NCBI GenBank assembly: GCA_964545595.1
Contig: CAZJGP010000210.1
Location: forward strand, 1-39,351
Direction of reading: 5' to 3'
Length of the DNA: 39,351 nt
Source of the DNA: an uncultured Flavobacteriaceae bacterium
GTDB lineage: Bacteria; Bacteroidota; Bacteroidia; Flavobacteriales; Flavobacteriaceae
The notes below the pieces were generated by a model. The model did not search any database. It was given only the letters and a program-made list of their open reading frames with translations, and had not been told where the DNA came from. The translations under genes and the position numbers were made by a program. This document shows, one piece after another, positions 8,004-16,799 of the stretch (the first letter of the stretch is position 1; every line of letters begins with the position of its first letter).

Positions 8004-9149
8004 ATGAAGCTAAAAAAAGAAGACATTCTAAAAGCCTTAGAGTCGATTACGGTTGCAGGTGAAGGAAAGAATATGGTTGAAAGTGGAGCGGTTAAAAACG
8101 TTATAACTTTCGGAGATGAAGTTGTTGTTGATTTACAATTATCTACACCAGCATTACACATTCGTAAAAGAGCTGAAGTTGATGTTCTTAAGGTTATTCA
8201 TGAAAAAGTTTATGCTAAGGCAAAAATTAAAATAAATATTGATGTAGTACAACCGCAAAAGGTTACTCCACAAAAAGCTCCTGAAATAAAGGGTAAAGCT
8301 ATACCTGGCATTAAAAATATAGTAGCTATTGCTTCTGGTAAAGGAGGAGTAGGAAAATCTACTGTAACAGCAAATATTGCCGTTACATTGTCTAATATGG
8401 GCTTTAAAGTAGGTTTACTAGACGCAGATATCTACGGACCTTCAGCACCAATAATGTTTGATGTTGTTCATGAAAAACCATTATCAGTAAAAGTAGATGG
8501 TCGTTCTAAAATGAAGCCTGTTGAAAGTTATGGTGTTAAGGTATTGTCTATTGGTTTTTTTACGGAACCTGATCAAGCCGTAGTTTGGAGAGGGCCTATG
8601 GCCGCAAAAGCATTAAATCAAATGATTTTTGATGCTGCTTGGGGTGAGTTGGATTTCTTGTTAATAGATTTACCTCCGGGAACAGGAGATATTCATTTAT
8701 CTATAATGCAATCGTTGCCAATAACAGGTTCAGTTGTTGTTAGTACACCGCAACATGTTGCTTTAGCAGATGCTAAAAAAGGAGTTGCAATGTTTCAGCA
8801 AGATAGTATTAATGTTCCAGTTTTAGGTATTGTTGAAAATATGGCTTACTTTACACCTGAAGAATTGCCTAATAATAAATATCATATTTTTGGAAAAGAA
8901 GGAGCTAAAAATTTAGCAGAAGATCTTGAAATTCCATTTTTAGGAGAATTACCTTTAGTGCAAAGTATTAGAGAGGCAGGAGATGTTGGTAGACCAGCAG
9001 CTTTACAGGCTAATTCAATTTCTGCTGATGCTTTTGTTGAAATAACAAAGAAAGTAGTAGAAGAGGTAGTTAAAAGAAATGAAGATTTACCAGCTACTGA
9101 AGCAATTAAAATAACGACAATGGCAGGTTGTTCTGCTCCGAAAAAATAA
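8004..9149 (+). CDS. mrp: Mrp/NBP35 (ApbC) Fe-S cluster carrier ATPase
   Basis: SGKGGVGKST, DADIYGPS, WRGPM, DLPPGTGD, ENM. Confidence 0.93.
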   Translation: MKLKKEDILKALESITVAGEGKNMVESGAVKNVITFGDEVVVDLQLSTPALHIRKRAEVDVLKVIHEKVYAKAKIKINIDVVQPQKVTPQKAPEIKGKAIPGIKNIVAIASGKGGVGKSTVTANIAVTLSNMGFKVGLLDADIYGPSAPIMFDVVHEKPLSVKVDGRSKMKPVESYGVKVLSIGFFTEPDQAVVWRGPMAAKALNQMIFDAAWGELDFLLIDLPPGTGDIHLSIMQSLPITGSVVVSTPQHVALADAKKGVAMFQQDSINVPVLGIVENMAYFTPEELPNNKYHIFGKEGAKNLAEDLEIPFLGELPLVQSIREAGDVGRPAALQANSISADAFVEITKKVVEEVVKRNEDLPATEAIKITTMAGCSAPKK

Positions 9150-9152
9150 ACT

Positions 9153-9392
9153 ATGACAGCTGAAGAATTACAAAAAAATGTAGAAAAAGCTTTAGAGGAA
9201 ATTCGTCCTTTTTTACAAAATGATGGTGGAGATATTAATTTAATAGGGATTGAAGAAGGTAAGATTGTTAAAGTTGAATTACAAGGAGCATGTGTTTCTT
9301 GTAACGTAAATCAAATGACTTTAAAGTCTGGTGTAGAAATGACTATAAAGAAATATGCTCCACAAATAGAAGAAGTAATTGATATTTCTTAA
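9153..9392 (+). CDS. NifU-C/Nfu-type Fe-S carrier
   Basis: IRPFLQNDGGD and GACVSC; 79 aa. Confidence 0.92.
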   Translation: MTAEELQKNVEKALEEIRPFLQNDGGDINLIGIEEGKIVKVELQGACVSCNVNQMTLKSGVEMTIKKYAPQIEEVIDIS

Positions 9393-9409
9393 TATAAAAG
9401 AAGTTCTTT

Positions 9410-9928
9410 TTGCAAGAAAAAAAATATAATAAGCATAATTATTATCGTAGTACTTATGCAGTATACAATGAGGTAGCTTTAACAGAATTACCTTTTGAAA
9501 AATGGCACTACTTGAGCAAATCGGGTAGTGCCTATTTTTATACTAATAAAGGGGTTTATAGAAAATCGAACCATTGGGGGCGCGCAGCTAAATGTAGGTG
9601 GGTTTTAGCTTCGGGTAATGCTATGTATGTTTCAAAAGGAAGAGAACGAATAGGGTATGCTAATTGGACTGATTTTTTTGAGAATAACGATTATACACAA
9701 GCGTATTTTGTAAAAGTAGACTATGAAAACAAAGTAGTTACTTATGATCATAGATCACGCGATGAATCTGGAGAAGCAATTTACAGAACCGCAAAACAAA
9801 CGCAGAAAATAATTCAGAAAGTAAAAAGATTATTAATATCAGATAATTGGTCTAAATACTATGATTTTGATAATTTAGAAGAGTTAAGAAAAGAGCTAAT
9901 AGAAGAATTAATAACAGCAATTAATTAA
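9410..9928 (+). CDS. Hypothetical protein (172 aa)
   Basis: Open frame with TTG start filling the gap. Aromatic/basic composition with motif SKSGSAYFY...GVYRKSNHWG...CRW. Confidence 0.7.
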   Translation: MQEKKYNKHNYYRSTYAVYNEVALTELPFEKWHYLSKSGSAYFYTNKGVYRKSNHWGRAAKCRWVLASGNAMYVSKGRERIGYANWTDFFENNDYTQAYFVKVDYENKVVTYDHRSRDESGEAIYRTAKQTQKIIQKVKRLLISDNWSKYYDFDNLEELRKELIEELITAIN

Positions 9929-9929
9929 T

Positions 9930-10505
9930 TTAATTGTTGTTTAAATTTAATTTAGCAGAAGCTTTAGAGAATAAATAAAAGAATAAATAAGACACTAAAG
10001 TCCCTACAGTAAATCCAGTAAGTAAATCGGCAGGGTAGTGTACTCCAACGTAAATACGGCTATACCCCATAGCTAAAGCCCAAATAATCAAAGTAGGGAA
10101 AGCATATTTATATTTTCTTTTTAATATAGAGCCAATAAATATTGCAACAGCCATAGTATTGCATGAATGTCCAGAGAAAAAACCATAACGGCTGCATCTT
10201 TTTGCTATATAACGAATTACTCCTTCTAATTCAGGTACACGGCATGGTCTAGGTCTTAAAAAGCCATGTTTTGCTAAATTGGTAAGCTGATCAGTAGTGG
10301 TAGCCATTAATCCAATAAATAATAAAGAAAGAAGAAAAGATTTAAGTCCTAATATTCTATACGATAGTACCAAGAGTAAAATTACAAAAGGTATGTGTGT
10401 GTACTTTTCAGTGAATAAAAGCCAAAATGGATCCCAAAACTCTGTACCTAAATTATTTAAGTATATAAGTAAATCTGTATCTATTTTTGCTAATTTATCT
10501 AACAT
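9930..10505 (-). CDS. PAP2-family membrane phosphatase
   Basis: KxxxxRPRP, FFSGH, SRIYVGVHYPAD. Confidence 0.92.
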   Translation of the reverse strand: MLDKLAKIDTDLLIYLNNLGTEFWDPFWLLFTEKYTHIPFVILLLVLSYRILGLKSFLLSLLFIGLMATTTDQLTNLAKHGFLRPRPCRVPELEGVIRYIAKRCSRYGFFSGHSCNTMAVAIFIGSILKRKYKYAFPTLIIWALAMGYSRIYVGVHYPADLLTGFTVGTLVSYLFFYLFSKASAKLNLNNN

Positions 10506-10567
10506 GATAATTAATATTTACTGCAAATATCTAGTTTTTAAATTGATTAACAAATTAATGTTTTTTA

Positions 10568-10748
10568 TAGAAAAGGGAAAAGCTAACTGATTAAGTTAGC
10601 TTTTCTGAGCATTGATAACGATAGTTGTTATATCGACTGTAAACTTGAATGATTATTCAAGTTAAATATTTATACTAATTAGTGTGGGGGCTAACTAGAA
10701 ATACAATTACGTTTTCGTTAAAAAAAAACTTTTTTATGACAACATAAT
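10568..10748 (-). ncRNA. Candidate structured small RNA (~180 nt); ends approximate
   Basis: Minus-strand TATATTTG at 10753-10760. Hairpin with CCCCCACA loop (10675-10698), perfect 9-bp hairpin (10642-10663), and terminator (10577-10605). Confidence 0.55.
10571..10605 (-). terminator. Intrinsic terminator upstream of PAP2
   Basis: 12-bp stem GAAAAGCTAACT/AGTTAGCTTTTC, continuing CCTTTT on the minus strand. No CDS ends nearby. Confidence 0.75.
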
Positions 10749-10912
10749 CATTCAAATATACATTTTTTTGAATTAAATACAATTAAATTGAGTTTATATA
10801 AGTTTATTCTTTAATGTAGATAATAACAGCTATTGTGTTATGTCTTTTAACTAAAATAGTTAGCTGTTTGTAGAATAGTTTGTTTTTTATTTGTAATAAA
10901 TTATGAATTAAT

Positions 10913-10947
10913 AAAAAAAATCCACTTAGATTTTAACTAAGTGGATT
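10913..10947 (-). terminator. Terminator of the efflux operon
   Basis: AATCCACTTAG/CTAAGTGGATT stem with an A8 run that gives a minus-strand U tract. Confidence 0.85.
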
Positions 10948-10974
10948 ATTAAAAAATTATTTAAAATAAGTTTA

Positions 10975-12327
10975 CTATAATTCTATATTTAATAATTGAC
11001 CTGTTAATTGTATTAGTTGAATTTCGGCTAATTTAGCATCGTATTTAGCAAGACTTTGATTAGCCTTTGCACTTGTTAAGTTAACTTGTGCCTGTCTGTA
11101 TTCTATAGACGTAATTTGACCTAATTTGTAACGTTCTATTGTACGATTAAAATTATCAAGATTGGTAATAACATTTTGTTTTTGCATAGCATAGATTTCT
11201 AACTTTACATTGTAATTAGTTTTTGCATTGGCAATATCAGTTGTTATTTCGCTTTCAATTTGTTTTTGTAGAATTTCTTGATTCTCTAAAGCAATTTTAG
11301 CGTTTTTAATATTGGTTAAAGTATTTCCTCCATCAAAAATATTCCAGCTCAAATTAACTCCTGCTTGTAAGGTAAAAGAGTCTTGTATATTACCAGGAAA
11401 GAAAGTGGTAGAAGGGTTTCTATTTTGGTTCCAACCATAAGAACCAAAAAGGCCAACAGAAGGTATGTAGCCTGATTTAGAGATTTTAATGTCATATTCA
11501 CTAATTCTTAAGTTGTAATCGTTTTGTAATAGAGTTACATTGTTTTGTGTAGCTTTACTGGTGTATTCTTCTATCTTTAATTTAGGAATAAATTGGACTA
11601 AAGTGTCAACAACCATTTCGTTGTTAAATTGCTTATTCATTATTAAGCTTAAATCTCTTTTAGAAGTTTTTAATTCTTGCTGGTTATTTAACAGACTAAT
11701 GCTATCATTAGCAACATCAACTCTAGCATTTAATATTTCTAGTTTAGTGTTTTGACCATATTCAAATTGATATTTAGCCCTAGTAACACGTTCCTGAGAA
11801 ATTTTCAAGTTTTCTAATAAAGTAACTTCTGTTTCACTTAATTGAGCAACTCTATAATAAACACTGAATAGCTGAGTAATTGTATTTTCAATAGTTTCGC
11901 GAGCTTCTAATTTGGTAACATTATAGGTTTCTTTTAATTTTTTGTAATTATAACGCGTACCAAAACCATCAAATATGGTGTAATCTAAATTTAAGCCAGC
12001 ATTGTACTGGTTTGTATTTGCGCCATCAATAGTTATATCATCTCTAGATTCTCCCGTTGTAGGATCAATTATACCATTAAAAGAAGTTTCGGTATCTTGA
12101 TTTTGATATAATGCTCCTGCATTAGCAGAAACGGAAGGCAAAAGGCCAGAGTTTAAAATATGCGCATTATTACTAGCGGTACGAACAGTGTTATTAGCAA
12201 TAGTAATTCCAAAATTATGCTCTAGTGTATGTTTTACTGCTTCGGCTTTAGAGAGTTGTTGAGAAATAATAGATGTATTGCTTATTACAAGAAGTAAAAA
12301 GCTTAGAAAAGATATTTTATTCTTCAT
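10975..12327 (-). CDS. TolC-family outer membrane efflux protein
   Basis: Signal peptide, two OEP repeats (LLPSVSANAG and YIPSVGLFG; YTIFDG and WNIFDGG; RYKLGQITSIEY). Overlaps the RND gene by 11 nt. Confidence 0.92.
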   Translation of the reverse strand: MKNKISFLSFLLLVISNTSIISQQLSKAEAVKHTLEHNFGITIANNTVRTASNNAHILNSGLLPSVSANAGALYQNQDTETSFNGIIDPTTGESRDDITIDGANTNQYNAGLNLDYTIFDGFGTRYNYKKLKETYNVTKLEARETIENTITQLFSVYYRVAQLSETEVTLLENLKISQERVTRAKYQFEYGQNTKLEILNARVDVANDSISLLNNQQELKTSKRDLSLIMNKQFNNEMVVDTLVQFIPKLKIEEYTSKATQNNVTLLQNDYNLRISEYDIKISKSGYIPSVGLFGSYGWNQNRNPSTTFFPGNIQDSFTLQAGVNLSWNIFDGGNTLTNIKNAKIALENQEILQKQIESEITTDIANAKTNYNVKLEIYAMQKQNVITNLDNFNRTIERYKLGQITSIEYRQAQVNLTSAKANQSLAKYDAKLAEIQLIQLTGQLLNIEL

Positions 12328-15300
12328 AATTCCCTTCGTTTAAATGTTCTTTGTAAGCTCTTTCTACAGATTCATTACTTACTTTTTTACCTGTAAACAA
12401 CCACTTTCCATTTGTTTTAATTTGATTACTAAAAGCTAAAAATAAAGGTAAAACTAATAGAGTTAATAAAGTTGCATACCCAATTCCGTAAGCTATAGAA
12501 ATAGCCATAGGTTTTAAAAATTGAGCTTGCCTACTTCTTTCAAATATTAAAGGAGCTAAACCTGCAATAGTAGTTAATGAGGTTAAGAAAATAGCTCTAA
12601 ATCTAGATCTTCCAGCTTCAAAAAGCGCATTTTCAAAAGTTAAGCCTTCTTGTATATTACTATTGAATTTACCAATAAGTACTAAGCCATCATTAACCAT
12701 AATACCAATAAGAGCTATAATACCTAAAGCAGATAATACATTTACTGGAAATCCATGGATCCAATGACCCCAAGCTACAGCGGTAAAACTTAAAGGAATT
12801 AAAAGCATTAATAATAAAGGTTGACTGTAGCTACGGAATGTAAAAGCAATAGTCATATAAATTAATAGCAAAATTATAGGAAACACTAATTTTACTGAGC
12901 CTCCAATTTTAGAAGCTTCTCTATTTTGACCTTCAAATGAAGCTTTTACTGTCGGGTATTTTTCTTGTATTTTAGGAATAACTTCGGTTTGAATAGTAGT
13001 TAAAATATCGGTAGCACTTAAGTTAGGATCTTTCATGTCGGCAGTAACTTGAATTTCACGTAACCCTTTTAAGTGATTAATGGCAACATCTCCTCTTACA
13101 ATAGAATAGCTAGCTATTTCTTCTAAAGGAATTCGTTCTCCTGAAGGGGTTATAATACGCATTTTGTCAAGATTATTTATCGAAGAACGATTTTCTTTGT
13201 CATAGCGAACCCAAACTCTAATTTCATCTTGCCCTCTTTGGAAACGTTGTGCTTGTGTTCCAAAAAAACCAGCACGAACTTGCGCCATTACATTGTTTAA
13301 ATTTAACCCAAGTAAATAAGCGTTGTCTTTTAGTTTTAATCGTATTTCTTTAATACCAGCAGGGTCGTTATCAGATACATCTTTTAATAATGGATTTGAT
13401 TTTAGCCATTTTTTTAATTCTTCTTTTGCTCCTTTAATATCAGATACAGTATTACTAAGTAATGAAACGGCAACGGGGCTTCCTCCAAAATTACCTCCTG
13501 ATCCAAAAATTAAACTTTCTGTTCCGTAAACAGGACCAACTTTTTTGCGTAGCCTGTTGGCAACAAGTGTAGCATTAATACTATTTGGTCTTTCTTCTCC
13601 CGGAAGGAGGTTTATTCTTAAAGAAGCATTTGATGAGGAAGTAATGTTTTTGATGATGTTCTCAAAAACTTCTTTTCCTTCATAATCTTCTCCTATTAAA
13701 AACTCATCAGTAAGTTCTTTGTTTAGTATAAGTGCTTTTTGTTCAATTAAAGAAACAATAGAATCTGTAATTTTTACATTAGTTCCGTTAGGCATATTTA
13801 AAGTAACCGATATTCGATCGCTAGCAATGGATGGGAAAAGCGTTGTTTTTACAATTCCTCCTTTTATAGAGCCTATGGTTAAAATAAATAAAGCAATAAA
13901 AACGCCGAACATAAATAATTTATACTCTAATGTAAAACGTAGTAATGGGCTATATACTTTATCGTTTAACCATTGCATAAAACGATCTCCCCATTTATTT
14001 ATGTTTCTCATTTTAGAGAAAATACCTTTAGATTCTTTTTCAGAAGCTGTTTTATGTTGTAGTGCTTTTGAATGCGCAAGATGGGCAGGTAAAATGATTA
14101 AAGCTTCAACTAATGACACTAAAAGTGTTAGTATTACTATAGTAGAAACCTCTCCAAAAAAGTCACCAATTCTACCATCTAAAAATAAGAAGGTTGAAAA
14201 AGCCAATATAGTAGTTGCTACAGCCGAAATAATAGGAGGTATTACCTCTATAGTGCCATCAATAGCAGCTTGAAAGGGGTTTTTACCACGTTCATAGTGT
14301 TGGTATATGTTTTCGGCAATTACAATACCATCATCTACTAAAATTCCAATTACTATAATCATTCCAAAAAGAGAAAGAACATTAATAGTAACATCAAATT
14401 GAGCAGTAAACATGAACATTCCTAAAAAGGCAACAGGTAAACCAAAAGCAACCCAAAATGCTAAACGGGTGTTTAAAAATATAGACAAGAAAAGTAATAC
14501 TAATAACATTCCGACAATTGCATTTTCGGTTAGTAATGCAGTTCGTTGGTTTAGTGTTATGGATAGGTCGCGAATAACGTTTAGTTGTACATTGTTGTTT
14601 TTTATATTGAATTCAGTAATGTATTCTTTTATAGTATCGGCCGATGATAATAAGTCTTCACTATTAGTACTGGTAACAGAAACTTTAACGGAAAGATCTC
14701 CGTTAAAATAATTGACATTAGGTGTTTCTGAAAAACGATCTTTTACAGTAGCAATTTCTCCTAAGCGTATAATTCGGCCAGAGTTATCAGCTCTAACAAC
14801 TATGTTTGATAAATCTTCAGCGTAATAACCACGATTGTTTGCTCTAATTAAATATTCTTCAGAATCTGTTTTTATAGTTCCACCTGTAGTTAATATATTA
14901 GAGTTTGATACTGCTTGAGAAACTTCAAAAAAAGATAATTCGTAAGCGCGTAATTTATTTTCGTCTAGGGCAATTTCAATTTCTTCATCAGGGTAACCTG
15001 TTATTTCAATTTGCGATATGCCATCTAATGACCTTAAGTCGCTTTCAATTCCGCGGCCAATTTGTTTTAATGTGGATAACGGAATGTTTTTCCCGCTTAT
15101 AGCAAAACTTATAGTTTCTCTTACTTCTTCTAAAATGTAAACCACTAAGGGTTCCATTCCTATAGGAAATGATGAAACGCGATCAATTGCGTTTTTAACA
15201 TCTAATAATAAAAAATCAATATTTTGTCCTTTTATAATTTCAACATTTACAGTTCCGCTATTTTCTTTTGCTGTTGAGGTAACTCTATCGACTCCTTCAA

Positions 15301-15523
15301 GGCCCTTAAGATTTTCTTCAATTTTAAGAATTACACCTTCTTCAATTTCTTGAGGAGATGCTCCTGGATAAGCAATAACTATTTGAATATTTTTAGCGTC
15401 GACCAGAGGGAAAAACGAAGATTTTATAGACAAAGCTCCAATGATTCCGAAAATAAAAAATGCAAGTACAATTATGTTAACCGCAACATCGTATTTTATG
15501 AAATAGGATATAATTTTTTTCAT
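12317..15523 (-). CDS. RND efflux permease (AcrB/AcrD/AcrF family)
   Basis: 1068 aa; YPGASPQEIE, GILVDDGIVIAENI, SRFRAIFLTSLTTIAGLAPL. Confidence 0.95.
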   Translation of the reverse strand: MKKIISYFIKYDVAVNIIVLAFFIFGIIGALSIKSSFFPLVDAKNIQIVIAYPGASPQEIEEGVILKIEENLKGLEGVDRVTSTAKENSGTVNVEIIKGQNIDFLLLDVKNAIDRVSSFPIGMEPLVVYILEEVRETISFAISGKNIPLSTLKQIGRGIESDLRSLDGISQIEITGYPDEEIEIALDENKLRAYELSFFEVSQAVSNSNILTTGGTIKTDSEEYLIRANNRGYYAEDLSNIVVRADNSGRIIRLGEIATVKDRFSETPNVNYFNGDLSVKVSVTSTNSEDLLSSADTIKEYITEFNIKNNNVQLNVIRDLSITLNQRTALLTENAIVGMLLVLLFLSIFLNTRLAFWVAFGLPVAFLGMFMFTAQFDVTINVLSLFGMIIVIGILVDDGIVIAENIYQHYERGKNPFQAAIDGTIEVIPPIISAVATTILAFSTFLFLDGRIGDFFGEVSTIVILTLLVSLVEALIILPAHLAHSKALQHKTASEKESKGIFSKMRNINKWGDRFMQWLNDKVYSPLLRFTLEYKLFMFGVFIALFILTIGSIKGGIVKTTLFPSIASDRISVTLNMPNGTNVKITDSIVSLIEQKALILNKELTDEFLIGEDYEGKEVFENIIKNITSSSNASLRINLLPGEERPNSINATLVANRLRKKVGPVYGTESLIFGSGGNFGGSPVAVSLLSNTVSDIKGAKEELKKWLKSNPLLKDVSDNDPAGIKEIRLKLKDNAYLLGLNLNNVMAQVRAGFFGTQAQRFQRGQDEIRVWVRYDKENRSSINNLDKMRIITPSGERIPLEEIASYSIVRGDVAINHLKGLREIQVTADMKDPNLSATDILTTIQTEVIPKIQEKYPTVKASFEGQNREASKIGGSVKLVFPIILLLIYMTIAFTFRSYSQPLLLMLLIPLSFTAVAWGHWIHGFPVNVLSALGIIALIGIMVNDGLVLIGKFNSNIQEGLTFENALFEAGRSRFRAIFLTSLTTIAGLAPLIFERSRQAQFLKPMAISIAYGIGYATLLTLLVLPLFLAFSNQIKTNGKWLFTGKKVSNESVERAYKEHLNEGNYEE

Positions 15524-15549
15524 AACAAACTAATAGAATTTGTACTTAG

Positions 15550-16674
15550 TTATTTTAAAGAAGTCTGATCGTTCTGAATTTTTACTAACATACCAGAAAA
15601 GGCATTTGGAATATTTTTAGAAACTAGAAGCTCACCGTTTTTAAGTCCTTTTATAATAACTTCTTTTTCAGAAAAATGAACTGTTGTTACAGGTTTTAGT
15701 TGTAGAATATCATTTTTAACAACAAATACATTATTGTTTTCTTGTAATAGATTTCGTTTTATACGAATAGCATTTTCAATGTCTTTGGCTTCTAAAACAG
15801 CGTTTAGGTACATGCCTTCTTTTAGGTCTGTATTTTTAACCTCAATTGTAGTGAGTATAGTTTGCGTAGTTTGATCAATACTTCCATTTACTCGTATGAT
15901 TTTACCAGAATATTCTTTGTCTTTATTTATTGTATTTAAAATAACATTTCCGCCAATTTTTAACATGTCGCTATATTCTTTTCCAATAGCAACTTCAACT
16001 TCGTAAACACCTGTTTTAATAAATTCACCAAGTTTTTGTCCTGAGCGTATAAGTGTACCTTCGGTAACAGCTGTATTGGTTAAAATTCCTGAAAAGGGAG
16101 CATGTATAGTATATTTAGATAAGCGTTGTTCTAGGTTTTTTACATTGTAATAAGAAGCATAAATGCCTTTACCTGTAATAAAATATTTTTCTTTATCTGA
16201 AGATGAATTTGGAACTTCAGGTGTGGTTTTATTAATGTCTAAACTAGATAAATAAGTTTGCCATTTTTCAAATATTTCAGGATAATCTAAACGCAGATCA
16301 GGCATAATTGAAGTAACTAAATTAGAATATTGACTTTTTGTAGCCTGTACACTTGCGTAATATTCTGAGGCATCAATGCGAATAAGTTGTTGTCCTTTTT
16401 TATATGTTTGACCTGTTTTAAAAGATTTAGAACCTTGTTTAAAGATACCTTGTACTTCTGCAAATAATTCGACTCTACGTTTTGCTTTTACATTTCCGGT
16501 AGAAGTAACAGTGATAGGTATGTTTTTGTTTTCTACAGATTCAACAAAAATAGATTGTATAGATTTTTCAGTTTTTGGTTTCTTTTTTTCTTTGTTAGTA
16601 ATAATTTTTTTTGCTCCAAAATAAGAAAGTACAATTAATAAAATACCTAAACCAGAAAGTATAATTTTTCTCAT
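15550..16674 (-). CDS. RND periplasmic adaptor (membrane fusion protein)
   Basis: N-terminal membrane anchor, AEVQG, IHAPFSG, IDQTTQT, LKEGM. Confidence 0.92.
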   Translation of the reverse strand: MRKIILSGLGILLIVLSYFGAKKIITNKEKKKPKTEKSIQSIFVESVENKNIPITVTSTGNVKAKRRVELFAEVQGIFKQGSKSFKTGQTYKKGQQLIRIDASEYYASVQATKSQYSNLVTSIMPDLRLDYPEIFEKWQTYLSSLDINKTTPEVPNSSSDKEKYFITGKGIYASYYNVKNLEQRLSKYTIHAPFSGILTNTAVTEGTLIRSGQKLGEFIKTGVYEVEVAIGKEYSDMLKIGGNVILNTINKDKEYSGKIIRVNGSIDQTTQTILTTIEVKNTDLKEGMYLNAVLEAKDIENAIRIKRNLLQENNNVFVVKNDILQLKPVTTVHFSEKEVIIKGLKNGELLVSKNIPNAFSGMLVKIQNDQTSLK

Positions 16675-16799
16675 GTTCTATTATAAAAATAAAGGTAATA
16701 ATCTGTTTTCAATTTTTTGAAAAAAGTATATTGCGAATATATTTATAATAAGGAATGATAGCGTAGTGTGTGTCGTTAAAAAAAGACTAAAAATAGTTA

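Noticed and set aside
10825-10868. Inverted repeat AACAGCTA...TAGCTGTT
   Set aside because: Only 8 bp with a long spacer in AT-rich DNA, so it could be chance.
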